Positions 1 through 13,700 of a DNA stretch of 64,000 nucleotides are shown piece after piece. Source of the DNA: Hormiphora californensis (taxonomy: Eukaryota; Animalia; Ctenophora). The translations under genes and the position numbers were made by a program. Location: the NCBI GenBank assembly GCA_020137815.1, contig CM035361.1, positions 3,596,001 to 3,660,000 on the forward strand, in the 5' to 3' direction. The first letter of the stretch is position 1, and each line of letters starts with the position of its first letter. Under the pieces are notes generated by a model. It made no database searches. It worked only from the letters and a program-made list of their open reading frames with translations, and was not told where the DNA came from.

Positions 1-1211
1 TAAAGATAGGAGCATGAAAATTTGGGGATTTGAAGAGGACATTAAGGTGAATAACCACAAAAAATTTTTTTGCAATCCGAGCTGATTTCCGGTCCTGAGA
101 TGGATTTCTTTTTTTCCACTTTAACGCCCTATTTGGCAAAGTTCCGAAAACATGTGAAAGCTGTAAATTGGTGAAAAGTTGCGTCTAACGATTATCTAAG
201 TGGCCATAAATTTTGGGCGTATCCTTATTTGAGATAAGCTGTACAGAGTTTTTTTGTGAAAGCCGTCATTTCAGAAATAAATAAATTCCCTGTATCTCAA
301 AAACGGCTGATCGTAGAGACCTGAGACTATGCTTAAACGATTCAGAAGGTCCGATTTTGGGGGGGTCTTCTGAGAGACATTTTGTTCCTACTTCAACCGT
401 TTTTGCTGTAACTGCGAAAAACAAATTCTATGAAAAGGGCAAAAGCTAAACTCCAATATCCTGTAATTAGGGAATTTTGGCTAGGAAAGGACCGAAACGA
501 TGGAAAAATGTGTAACAAGCTAATTCCTTCACTATTTGGTCCATATGGGTCCCTATAATCACCAAAAACAAAATCACAAAAAATCCACGATGGCGAAGAT
601 GAATTTTTGTTTTTCGCAATTACAGCAAAAACGGTTGAAGTAGGAACAAAATGTCTCTCAGAAGACCCCCCCAAAATCGGACCTTCTGAATCGTTTAAGC
701 ATAGTCTCAGGTCTCTACGATCAGCCGTTTTTGAGATACAGGGAATTTATTTATTTCTGAAATGACGGCTTTCACAAAAAAAAACTCTGTACAGCTTATC
801 TCAAATAAGGATACGCCCAAAATTTAAGGCCACTTAGATAATCGTTAGACGCAACTTTTCACCAATTTACAGCTTTCACATGTTTTCGGAACTTTGCCAA
901 ATAGGGCGTTAAAGTGGAAAAAAAGAAATCCATCTCAGGACCGGAAATCAGCTCGGATTGCAAAAAAATTTTTTGTGGTTATTCACCTTCATGTCCTCTT
1001 CAAATCCCCAAATTTTCATGCTCCTATCTTTAAAAAAATTTTTTTGAGATGCCAAAAACGAATTTACAGGCCATTTTTTAAACAGCTGTAGCAAAAATAT
1101 GAATTCGACTTGAGAGCTCAAATTGCATATTTGAGGTCTCCTTGGCATGGCCTACAACCCTACGGTGAGAGATTGCCCTGCACTCGACAAAAAATTTCGG
1201 TCGGTGTACCC
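1..1211. mobile_element. Foldback non-autonomous DNA transposon (Kolobok-like), left end outside the window; lies in an intron of the K2P gene
   Basis: 1-428 is the near-perfect reverse complement of 601-1032. The arm continues to ...GGTGTACCC at 1211, followed by TTAA. A related arm starts TTAA|GGGTACGCCG at 27483. A TTAA target with RR..YY termini fits Kolobok. Confidence 0.8.
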
Positions 1212-1410
1212 TTAATTGACTAATAATTGATGTTGTTAGCTATAAATAATTAAGAAGTATATCATGATATGTACAATCGATCATCTAAATTTAAATCAAT
1301 TGTATGTAATTTAATTGTATGTAATTGTATGTAATTTAACTGTAATTTAGTTGTTAATTAATTTGTTATTTAATTATAATCTAACTGAAATTAAATTGTT
1401 TCTTAATTAC

Positions 1411-3814
1411 CAAGTGTTGTTATGATTGTGTTACAGTACTGGAAGCTTCCCCAAAATACCCAATCGTTTCCAACTCGATCATTGTTCTTTCGACACATCT
1501 TAAAATTGGTGGGGGTGGGGGCTGGGGTGGGGTGGTGGGAGTGGGGTGGCTGGGTTTGGGGTGATGTGGTGGATAGAGGCGATGTGGTGGGTAGGGGTGG
1601 GGTGGTGGGGGGTGGGTGGTGGGGTTGGGTGGTGGGTGTGGGCCGTGGGTGGTGGGGGTGGGGTGGGGTGGTGGGAGTGGGGTGGTGGGGAGGGGCAGGG
1701 TGGTTGGGAGGAGGGCTTCCGGGGTTGGGGTTCTTTCGAAGCATCTGAAAATGGGTAGGGGTCTGCTATTTATCCTGTAGCAGAAATATTTTAAATCTTC
1801 TTACATTGCCTTGAAGCTTAAGAAGGTCTGTTAGAAGAGGGTATGGTTCATCGAGATGGGTTTCAAAATGACGCAAGTTTTTGTACGCTTCTGCATTACT
1901 CTCTTGATTCCCCTGTTTAGTTATAGAAAGAACATGTTGTCAAAAAGAGTTATCATACAAATGTTATCCAATATGTTTATTCAATATCATAATTTGGGGA
2001 AACTATTCGTCTGGTAAACTGATCAACTCTGGTAAATCACCTCTACATACTGTAGAACTCCTATCAAATAGAGGTGATTGCATTTAAATATAGTTGGACC
2101 CCAATTTTCCGGGATACTCGGGGGAAAGGGTTTTGCTCGGTAAATCGGCGTGTTACTTTGAATGAAAATAAAAAACTTGCCTTGTTCTCGTAGTACATAA
2201 AGACGAAGGTGCCGCCGATAACAAACCCGATATTTAACAGTAGAATTGCAACAGAGTAAAGCAAACCCGGTACCTCTGGTATATCCTGAAGAATTAATTA
2301 ATTAGTTAATTAATTAATAAGTATCTCATTAGGGGGTGGAGCAATGACCGTGGAAAATTCGACAAAACCTATTATAGGTGGAGCAATGACCGTGGAAAAT
2401 TTGACAAAACCTAAGCGAGGGCTATTGGGGTTTCATTTAGCCGTGGTGGCACTAGGTCACGCGGCGTCATACACATTTTCATTTGGAATTTTCACTTGGA
2501 ATTTCCATTTGAAAACCATCCACGCGCATGCACGTGCAAGCTTCAAACACAAGTTAGAAGCACGGGACCTTCACCAACTTATTTGTTTTGATCCAAGGAT
2601 CACTTTAGTGAAAGTCCCATGGTTCTAACTTGTGTTTGAAGCTTGCACGTGCATGCGCGTGGATGGTTTTCAAATGAAAATTCCAAATGAAAATTCCAAA
2701 TAAAAATGTGTATGACGGACTGTCACAGATTATACTGGCAGCTGACAGTGCTTTCATTATTTCTAACCTGGGTAGTAGCGTGTTCTTTCGGGGGTTCAAC
2801 TGTGTTCGACCCCGCTGTCACAACCTCAGATGCATCAGAATCACCTGTGAGAATCAGAATCACCTGTGAGAATTAGAATCACCTGTGAGAATTAGAATCA
2901 CCTGTGAGAATCAGAATCACCTGTGTGAGAATTAGAATGACCTATGGGAATTAGAATCACCTGTGAGAATTAGAATCATCTGTGAGAATTAGAATCACCT
3001 GTGAGAATTAGAATCACCTGTGAGAATTAGAATCACCTGTGAGAATTAGAATCACCTGTGAGAATTAGAATCACCTGTGAGAATTAGAATCACCTGTGAG
3101 AATTAGAATCACCTGTGAGAATCAGAATCACCTGTGAGAATTAGAATCACCTGTGAGAATCAGAATCACCTGTGAGAATTAGAATCACCTGTGTGAGAAT
3201 TAGAATCACCTGTGAGAATTAGAATCACCTGTGAGAATTAGAATCACCTGTGAGAATTAGAATCACCTGTGTGAGAATTAGAATCACCTGTGAGAATTAG
3301 ATATCTACAATCGGGCCACCTGATTTACCACAATTGTAATTTATACAGGAAGGATAGATTTCTCCCGGTATAGGAAATTTATGGTATTCGACCCCGATTA
3401 ACTGGGCAAAACTCACTGTCTTCGAAGAAATTATATCCCGAGGCATGTATTGATTGCCTTGAACCCCCCGCTCCTCCAGGCCCTAATCTATTTGACAACC
3501 TTTTTATCGGATCCCGTTGCAACAACGCACCCTGAGAAATATAGTGTGTCAGTGAAACACCAAACAAGTAAATCAAAAAATGAATCAAGTATTAGAATTT
3601 AGAAACTGTGTAATATAACTGCCTAAATTTGCCCAAAACTACCCAAAACTGCCCCAAACTGCCCAAAACTACCCAAAACTGTCCCAAAGTTACTGATTAC
3701 ATCTGATTTGCTGAACGTCTTCATTTGTAGTAACTCCGTAGTCTCTCCATCTTCTGCAATTGGAAAACTGGTGCCTCCCTCCTCCGAATTATCCACAGCC
3801 ACATTAGAGTCCAT
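1411..3814 (-). CDS. Two-pore-domain (K2P/KCNK-type) potassium channel, 5' exons only; continues beyond the left edge
   Basis: Phase-consistent exons 3814-3701, 3531-3417, 2844-2768, 2285-2181 (GC donor), 1912-1805, 1498-1411. They encode TM1 (LLYSVAILLLNIGFVIGGTFVFMYYE), a cap with Cys, and pore helix NDWVFWGSFQYCNTIITTLG, split at the selectivity filter. Confidence 0.85.
2464..2717. repeat. MITE-like inverted repeat (~110-bp arms)
   Basis: 2464-2575 pairs with 2608-2717; intronic. Confidence 0.75.
2835..3300. repeat. 19-bp minisatellite (GAGAATTAGAATCACCTGT)n, ~24 copies
   Basis: Directly visible. On the minus strand the unit contains the K2P exon-3 acceptor TTCTCACAG|GT. Confidence 0.95.
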
Positions 3815-4045
3815 TGAACTACTAGTTATTAATTAAATCACTATAACTGGGTTACTTATCCTGTCACTAACTATTATGTTATTGATTAATGTTTAGTTTA
3901 CTGTGTTTATGATCTCCTTCATTATCTTAATAATGGCTGAGCAATTTTCACGGCCGATTTTTCAAACACGAATATTTTTGAGCTGACAAATGCAGACAAC
4001 ACAACACAGCTGACTACTGAGGGACAGGAAGTGAGAGAGAGAGAA

Positions 4046-4076
<31 letters not shown>

Positions 4077-4391
4077 AAGTGAGAGAGAGAGAAAGATATT
4101 GCGAGTGAGAGAGACTATTGAGGGCTCGAATCTGCCCAACACACCGAAAATTATTGTTTTCCCGACCCTGTTTGTTGCTGTTGATTCCCATTTTACTTGC
4201 ATCACCTCAAAAAAACTGTTTTAGATTTCGCTTCCATTAAACATGCAGCTTACTTTGCATTACGTTACTATACTGTATTTGTGTAGGGATTTATCTGGAG
4301 GGAGAACTCGACGCGACGGAGGAGGGAGTAAAATATCAAAAACTAGTGTTTTATTTAATTGCTAGTTTGCAGTAGTATTACACTAGGTATA

Positions 4392-6830
4392 ATGACGTAT
4401 CTCCCGGTGCGAGTCGGGATAACAGCAAGCCTAACCACTGCTTCAATTGCATGTGTTTATGTCACAGCGCTCTACCTTCAGGTACTTTGTTATAATAATC
4501 CTCAACAGTTATCACCTATAATGTCCTATAAATGAACCGAGTGTCACAGTGAAATAATTAAGTGTGTGTATTAGGGTTATATTTCTTTAAAAACATAACC
4601 AGTTTCAATAAAATTAATCAATATCAATAATTGGTGACATAGACACCTGGCGCGACCCACCGCACGTCGCGGCAGGTGTCTATGTCACCAATATTAATCA
4701 ATGCAACTCGCAGGAGGAGTAGAGCACTATCCGGGACAAGGACCATCAGTAAAACTAATCAATATTAATCAAAAAACTCGCAGGAGTGGATATTTGATTC
4801 CGAGGAAGCTAAAACTCCCTGTAACGTCGCCAAGATCCTCTCCATTGTTCTATCCCAAGCCCCTGATCCGCTCAGAGTCGTTTGGATGGTTTCTACTGTT
4901 GTATTTGCACTCAAACATGTCTTCTTTGCTTCACTTTACGACAGGTAACCAGGAACCGACCGAATCAGGAAATTCTGGTCCCTGATTGGCTGATAACCAG
5001 TCACGTGACCTAAATAACGAGTTCTGATTGGTTGTTTACTTGTGTCGATCGGTTCCTGCAGATAACCAGTTATAGTCATAGAAACATAGCCGGAATGAGC
5101 CCTGAGGCTTTAAGTTTCTCACTTCTCAGCCTGCATTTTAAGTCACTGACTTAAAATGCAGGCTGATCTCAAATTCTTTTCCCAAAACCAGTGAATGATA
5201 TATCATATTTTTATCATGATAAACCTAACTTTGTATTTGATTAAAAGGCTAAAGTACTATTATTATAAGTATTATTATAAATGTTATAATGTCTGTCAAA
5301 CAGTTATTTAACATGTGACATGTTCCAGGATCTATAGTGGTCTGCTAAGTGACGTCACGGTGGTATTGAGAATCATTGTTGGTGTTGCTAAGGCAACGGA
5401 ATGCTCCCTGTTTATGGTGGTTTCTTGGTTCGTAACATATCATCCAACTAGTCAATATACAGGTACCTTTATTGTGAAAAATTTAAAACGGAAAATTCTA
5501 CCACCACCACCCATCCCTACCACCACCACCACTCATCCCTACCACCACCACCCAGCCCCTACCACCACCACCCATCCCTACCACCACCACCCATCCCTAC
5601 CACCACCACCCATCCCTACCACCACCACCCATCCCTACCACCACCACCAATCCCTACCACCACCACCTATCCCTACCACCACCACACATCCCTATACCAC
5701 CACCCATCCCTACCACCACCCATCCCTACCACCACCACACATCCCTACCACCACCCCATCCCTACCACCACACATCCCTACCACCACCCATCCCTACCAC
5801 CACCCCATCCCTACCACCACCACCCATCCCTACCACCACCACCCATCCCTACCACCACCCATCCCTACCACCACCACCTATCCCTACCACCACCACACAT
5901 CCCTATACCACCACCCATCCCTACCACCACCACCCATCCCTACCACCACCACCTATCCCTACCACCACCACACATCCCTATACCACCACCCATCCCTACC
6001 ACCACCACCCACTCCTCCTGCACCCCTCCTGCACCTCTCCCACCCCTCCTACCTCTCCTACCAACCCCTCCCACCTCTACTACCGCGCCCCATGTGTATA
6101 CTAACATGAATCATTGTTCAGACCAGTTATTCATGGTATTTATAATCGTCATCCTAATTTCCATGGTAACTGTCTTACTTCTCGACTTTGCAACAATTTA
6201 CACACGCATCAAGCAACGAGGTAGGTAGTAAAGTCTAGGTGTATTTCTATGCTGATTGCTGCTGATAAAATATGAAAATGCAGGAATTGCTGCACTGCAA
6301 CTGGTGTGTTCTAAACCCAATTGTTCCTGCGACAGGTTATTATGGCACGGGATCACTAAACTGTAAACTGGTGTCTCTCCTCGCCTTCCTGGGTCTCTGG
6401 TTTATGCATCACGTGGCGTGTAAAGACTGTTGTTCATCAGATACCTGCCCCCAAAAGGAGCACTGCAGGTATAACTGTACTGCAGCTAGGTAGACCAGCT
6501 ATAGATCTAAATTAATTGTTTGACTTAAATTGACTATCCATTTAAATCGTGTTCCGGCCTCTCTCTTTCACATCGACTGACTATAATAATTTCCCCGTTT
6601 TTCAAGTCTGTATCAGCCTACATATACAAATAACATTATTCCCCTGCAGAGATGCGGCCCTTGCCACAAGTCTAATGACAATTCCGATATTTCTGGTTTT
6701 CCACGGCACCGACTGCCTGGACTTTATAAAACTCCGCTGTATTGTCAGATTGCCAGGGTGGGGCGGCTCTAAAGGATATCAGCAGATAAATGATGGACGA
6801 CGAGGTAGTGACGATGCAGGGACTTTGTAA
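4392..6830 (+). CDS. PGAP2-like / Frag1-DRAM-Sfk1 family multi-pass membrane protein (~265 aa, 6 coding exons)
   Basis: Exons 4392-4481, 4784-4944, 5329-5462, 6122-6220, 6336-6468, 6650-6830 join in frame (798 nt). TPCNV, RVVW and FHGTDCLDF parallel the PGAP2 motifs THCGV, RYVW and FHMTAWWDF, and there are several hydrophobic helices. Confidence 0.75.
4631..4691. mobile_element. Tiny TTGG...CCAA MITE with 9-bp TSD
   Basis: TIR TTGGTGACATAGACACC; flanks TATCAATAA/TATTAATCA. A relative at 24502-24596 has a perfect ATGTAATGT TSD. Confidence 0.75.
4950..5058 (+). mobile_element. ~109-bp hAT-like MITE (other copies 23421-23529, 34639-34747, 45034-45142, 45352-45460; partial at ~8693, ~9166, ~21441)
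   Basis: TIR CAGGAACCGACCGA; 8-bp TSDs, perfect at 34639 (GGAGAAAC) and 45352 (CTTAGTAT). Confidence 0.85.
5497..6010. repeat. Low-complexity (CACCACCACCCATCCCTAC)-type minisatellite in an intron
   Basis: Directly visible; lies between exons 3 and 4 of the PGAP2-like gene. Confidence 0.9.
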
Positions 6831-9670
6831 CCATGGTAACCATGATGCAGGGACTTTGTAACCATGGTAACCATGATGCAGAGAGACAAGATAGAGGGAC
6901 TTTTTAACCATGATAACCAAAATGCACGGTAACCACAATGTAAGGACTTTGTAACCGTTTTTGTTAAAATAAGGGTAAATTTTTTTATTTTTAAACCATA
7001 ATCACAGTGTTCTTTTGTCGATTTATTAATTTCAAATCGTGAATTCAAATATTGATCATGTCCCGTGCATGAGAGTCGCTGCATTTATGGAGTACTCCTG
7101 GCCCTGGGTACTCAATAGTTATATTTAGTAGCACTACCTACTAGGTAGTGCTATTAAATAGCTCATTGAGTAGTACCTAGTAGAAAGATTCATCTGTGCC
7201 TTCTGTGCGGTGAAAGTACGATTTCACGTAATGCGGAAATAGATCTTTCGGGCGATCTATTCGGGCATTTCTTTTGGGCCCCCGTAATCCGCTGCCTTGA
7301 GTTCTTTCTTCTGACGCATATCCAGAGCTTGGCATAATGTCGACCTCATGTAGCATCATCCCACACAGATAAACCTCCACGATAACTGCATTAATTATCT
7401 TTCAATTGGATAGCTCATAAAGCCACCTAAACTAATCTTTAATAACATCATAGTGCTAGATAGCACTCATTATAGTTAATAACATACAGGTCCATATAAT
7501 ACTATATAATCCATAGTCTATATGATGCATTATTGTATTAGTAGAAACTTGCTTACAATATGTTTTGATGCTCTTTTGCACACATATATTACATGAAGAG
7601 CTTGTATGGTGTGTTAGAACTAAACGAGAGATCATTTAGTTGCATGTTAATTCCCAATGAAAATCAAAACGCCGTGAAGCTCTGTACGGTACATTACAAG
7701 TACATTACAATTAAATACATTGCAAGCATGTACTTAATTGTACTTAATTGTATCTTGAGAACATGGCGGTTTTTCAGGTATGACTGTATCTAGCTGTGAA
7801 AGCATGATCAAGATCATTTTTGTATCTTGAGCTCAAGCAACAACTTCATTCCTCTGTCACATTGGTATAAAACTATAATTGTACAGCTGCTATTAGTCTC
7901 AACACTGGATAGTAATGTATTATATAGGTATTACATTGTGGTAGCAGTTATTATAGTAGTATGTAGTATTAAAGTAGTGTACACAAATTATTTATTATTG
8001 TACTTTTCACGACCGGGACGTTTACAATCATCCGTTGTAAACTGCACAGCTGGTCCGTTGGTTTGCTGCCTATTATAGTGTGTCGGCGTGGCTTTGTTGT
8101 TTGATCTAGAACCGCGCTTACTCACTTTACAGATATATAATACAGTCGGACTCCACGCCTATTTACCGGAACCACGATCTTTACCGAAACCACGATTTAC
8201 AACGGGCAAAATCCTCTTACCTGAGCATCCCGGTAAATCGGGGTCCGACTGTATATTATGTTCATTGTTACAGGAAGAATTTTCCAGGCAATTCATAATT
8301 CATATGGTCGTATAGTAGGTCTACTAGCCTCATGTGTAACCCAACTATTTTTTACACTCTCTCCCTCTCTCCCTCTCTGTCTCTCCATTTCTATCTCCCT
8401 CTCTCCCCCTGTCTCTCCCTTTCTATCTCCCTCTCCCTCTCTCTCTTTCTTTCTCTCTCTCTCTCTCTCTCTTTGCCTCTCTCTCTCTCACTCTATCTCT
8501 CTATATTTCTCTCTATCTCCCTCTTACACGCTTCAATAATTTGTGTTTATCTACTGTTCTGATCGGGTTTTTCACTTCACATTTCGCTCTACTTGGGATT
8601 GATCCCGACTCACATTCATACAATTGTCACGAGTAAAGGACTTATCTCCTAGACCATGACAACGATCCATATTCAGGAGCACGGCCTTTTATCAGGAACC
8701 AACCGAATCAGGAAATACTGGTCCCTGATTGGCTGATAACCAGTCACGTGACATAAATAACGGTTCCTGCCTTTTATCCTCTACAAGTCTTAATTTGAAA
8801 CCCATTTGGATGAGTCTACAAGTCCTAATTTGAAACCCATTTAATTGGATGAGTACACACTTAGCACTGGCTCATGATCTTGTAGTGATCTTACACGCAC
8901 GCCTTTAAATTGTTCATTACCCATCTCATACTCTCATATTATCACTTATATTAAACTTCATATTGAGCTTTTTATATTCACTTTTATAGTAGCTCTTTAT
9001 TCACTTAGTAATGAGATCTGAGCAATAATTAGTAACAAGGAAATACATATAAATGCTTGGTTTGACCGGGAATTGAAACAGGGACCTATATTATAATAGT
9101 CAGCCCTTTTAGAACTGGACCTATTTCATCATTCATGACATTTCAGTGCTTGGTACAGGTATAGTACCGACCGAATCAGGAAATACTGGTCCCTGATTGG
9201 CTTATAACCAGTCACGTGACCTAAATAACGAGTTCTGATTGGTTGTATCAGTCGGTTCCTGGCTTGGTACCTCCTAAACTTCACTTCCATCAACCCGGAC
9301 GTTGCGCCTAAATCTCATGGTTTCAGGTTTCAGGGATAAATCGTCAGTACTTAAACCTAAGGTTCAGTCAAGACTGCGCCTCCCCCCATTGTGTCGGAGC
9401 TAGTATATAATTCTGGTATAATCTTTATACTGTCTGTTAACTTCCTGCTCAGCGAATTATCATGAGGCGATGGGGGGGGGGGGACATTTGTACAATTCCT
9501 GCTTTGCGGGTGTGTGAGGACTGAATAGGAGGGAGAGAAAGTGTGTGCATGTGCCGTGTGTGAGGGAGAGAGAGAGAATAGAGAGTATAGGAGAGAGAGA
9601 CGAGAGAGGAGAGCTAGAGAGAGAGCAGAGAGTATTAGAAGAGAGAGCGCTCCTCTCTTCTCTCTCTCTC

Positions 9671-9716
<46 letters not shown>

Positions 9717-9718
9717 CT

Positions 9719-9818
<100 letters not shown>

Positions 9819-10735
9819 AGCTCGCGCTCTTCTCTCTCTCTTCTCTTTTCTCTCTCTTCTCTCTTTTTTCTCGCGCTTCTCTGCTCTCGCCTCTCTCTCC
9901 TTCTCGTCTTTGCCTAGTGCCTGCGCTCATGGGGTCCGCTTTCTTTTGGAGTGATTCAGGTTGGGCCCTCAATCCCAAGTTATCTTTGCTCGTATAATTC
10001 ATTCCCTAACGCTTCCTAGTGTAATTGTCTATTGTTACTTGCTAAACAATATATTGTTTGAATCATGCTAAAATCTTTCTAGTTCAATATATTGTTTGCT
10101 AAACTATTGAATTCTAGATGGGCTGCACTGCAATAAACTTTTACCTTTCGTAAAACTGAAGCTGATTTCGTTGAAATGAGTGACATATTTGTAAGATCCG
10201 TGTCGCCGTTTAGATGCTACCTATATGGTATCTTTTCTATAGAAAAAAAAGCATGTGGTACACCACATGTTTGTATAGTTTGAATCCTACCTTTGTCTGA
10301 GAATTAAAATTCATTCTTAATCAATTAACGTCACTGTACTCCATTCTAAATGTAGTACTATCGCGACTATAGGGCGTTTTGTTTCTACTTTGTCCAAATT
10401 TTACTGCAATGATTGTACCAACTCAGCTGTGAATAATTGATTAATTAGATTGAGGTTCAATTCCCGGTATTTTTCGATTTTATTCCCTATTTAATTCTTG
10501 CTCAGATCTCTTTATTCAATCAATTGTTTGGTTGTCCAGCTTGATATGAGTCTCATGATGATATAATTCTGTTGTAATGATATGGACAATTGAGACTCGT
10601 TGGATTTCAGGATCAATATTGATCCTGAAATCCAACGAGTCTCAATTGTCCATATCATTACAACAGAATTATCTCTTTATTCAGATTAATTATATTGTTG
10701 TAAAAATTATGCTAATTAGATTATTATAGTTGCTA

Positions 10736-13700
10736 ATGTTAATTGTGTTGTTATCTCTCTGGTTGGCCGGTGTATCCTCCGATAGTTATCAACCCCTCGA
10801 GGGAGTCCTTGACCTCAACTCCCTCAACGGGGATGGAATTAAAATACCAATAGGTAATGTGTTTTATCAGATTTACCAAAACGTGGCTGAAAACTGAGTT
10901 TCAGTTTTGACTGTCATGCCCCCCCTTATCTCTATATATGTGGAAAACCTTACATATGCACCTTAAATATGCACTGTTATATTCTTTACTCGTTAGGTGA
11001 CACGACTGCTGGTGTTAGTATTTCCTTCACTCTCCACTCAACAAGAGCAACAGGAGACTCCTATGTGAAGGTTTTCAGCCTCCTAAACACAGATGTATCC
11101 TTCAAACGGTCTTCAGCCTGCACGCTACAGCTGAACAAAGACAAAACTCAGTTCTCATGTTAGTATTATAATACATTATTTTGTTTTTAGTGTATCATAT
11201 AATACTTGGGCTGATTATAGTAAGTTAAACTTAATTTATAATAAAATGCAACAGTATCAAAAAATTTAGTTTTATTATAATTGCAGATGATCTGGAAAAT
11301 TGCCAGTCGAACTCCCTGAGATCTGGATTAAAGCTTCAAATAGAATTACATCCGTCCTCTCCACAACTTTATCAAAACCTCCAACTCGTAGCCCCATCTA
11401 CTACCCACGACTTGACAAATCCTGTTGTTACCGAGGAGAGAGTGATGGTTATACATAACAGCAGTAGTAGTGGGTTGTATCTCTCAGCGGTCAATGCTGA
11501 CCATCTGGAGACACCGACCACACAAAATGAACTGAGAAGACGATATAAGAGGTAAAAGTACAAAGTAGTAAATTAATTTAATAACTTAATTAAGTAAATT
11601 TATTTTAGAATAATTTGTCATGTTTTCTGCAGGTATGAGCATGGTAACCTGTTACCCGGAAAACTTTTGAATTTTACAAGTTTTCCTTATCAGTCTGACA
11701 CTTTGGGGATTTTGGAATCTAAATTAGGTAAGAAGGTTTCAATAAGAATACTTTTTTAATCGACGACTTTAGTTAATGAAACTGTAACTTATTTTTTAGC
11801 GTGGCAGGTACCTGGGAAATCACAAAAAATAAGCGAAGATCTTGTGCTACAACTTCCCAAATCGAGTAACTCCAAATCTTTATACTTCGCTGCAACGTAT
11901 GGCGGGGAGACGTATAGTGCTAACAGTGTTTGGTTATCTGATTCCAATTTATACGGTAAATACATACAACAGTTCCTGTAATCGAGTAAAGACCGTTCAC
12001 AGTCCTATATTCTGTATGTTCTGTAACTTAAAAGTTCTGTAACTAAAAATTCATTTAACTCATAGATGTTTTTCAGTTTTCCTGTCGTTCTGTATCGCAG
12101 AAAATTCGTCTTACTCCAGCATATCATCATTGGGATCATTCGATTTAACTCAAGAAGAAGCAGTGGAGGAATGTCGACAAGACCAAGGTAAGTTTATTAA
12201 CACCAATAACTTTGCGACCCAATTGTTTTAAAACTAATATCTTTGCAGCCCAATGTGTTTCAAAACTAATAACTTTGCAGCCCAATGTGTTTCAAAACTA
12301 ATAAATTTGCAGCCCAGTGTGTTTCAAAACTAACAAATTTGCACCCAAGATTGTTGTGGAATTCAGAAATATACGAATGGTAGTTTTGTTCTCACTTCTA
12401 CGTGTAGATTGACTGACGCAACCAGCACAACGACTATAACCAAGGGCCCTTGTAACAATGAAGGTAATATACAAACTTTAAACCTCACTTTTTAATAACC
12501 TGATCATTGAATTTCTCAATAATTTGAACTATTAAAGAAATAATAATTTTAACTATAATGGATTTAGTTTAGAATTGCGGTTTTTAAAATATATAAAGTT
12601 TACCGACTTGGCCTGCTGTACGTATAACAATATATTTATTACCAGGCACCAACGTGTATGATCTTCAAAAAGTGCCAGTGACATCATCAATCGTGGAGCT
12701 AACGGATCTGGAGGCGGGGGAATCCTCAGAACACAATATCTATGCGTATCTGTATCCTGGACTTATCTTAAAAAATCAACTTTTCACCAAAGAGTAAGCA
12801 AAATCCCTTTAAAACATTTCCTCAAATTGCTTCTCGATAAACAATGACCCTCCAACCAACCAACCAAACAATGACCCTGATCGCAACACTATGTACCTCG
12901 AACAATACTATGTACATTATAGGCTATAGCTCTATTCAGTGCAGTTATCCCCAAGTAAGCAATGCAATAATGATGATAACATTACATTGTACGAATGACA
13001 TGCAATTCTTTCAGTACAACCCGGTGTGCGATATCTAACACCGGGAACCCAACAGAAAACGTGGACATTTTGCTTTCGGTCACCCCTCCTTCCGATGCAG
13101 TAACTCTAGAAATAACTTATAGCAGCAACATTGTGACCAAAGAGGTTAGATATCAAGTAGTTTTGAAATAGTTTTGAAATACTTTAGCATGAAGCTGGTA
13201 ATGTAGCGATTTATTAATTATTTTAACCTCTAGGTGCTAACGGTTCAGTCTGGTGTTCCGTTTGTCCATCTCCTCAGCTCTGTGGACTGTGAAACTTGTT
13301 TCAGTAGCTGATCTGGACGATGAGAACTGCAAATACTTGGTCGCTAGTAGAGGTAATAACAATTGGGTAGTAGGACCGTCCGGGTAAACTCAGGGAGCGT
13401 TTGCACGTCATTTCGGAGTCAAATCGGGTTCAAATCGGGTTCATTTCGGGTTAATTTCGGGGTCACTTTTATTTGCTAGAAGAGGTTATACACATTAAGT
13501 CGTTCTATATCGAGCTCTACACTCACCGTTTTTCTCCAGACAGCTGTGAAGCGACTAGGAAACTGAATAACTATGGTTCTTGGATCGTTCCAAGGAAAGC
13601 GTACGATACAAGCATCAATGAAACGTGCTCTGGAAATGGCAGCGTTTCCTTTGACTGGTAACTAATATATATATAATATTTTATCTCATCTCTGTTCTAA

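Noticed and set aside
5315-6109. 264-aa Pro/His/Thr-rich ORF
   Set aside because: Only 5329-5462 is exon; the rest is read-through into an intronic minisatellite.
7177-9340. Possible minus-strand multi-exon gene ending in ORF 7177-7380
   Set aside because: Exon-like pieces exist, but I could not join them in frame or recognise a domain. Unresolved rather than excluded.
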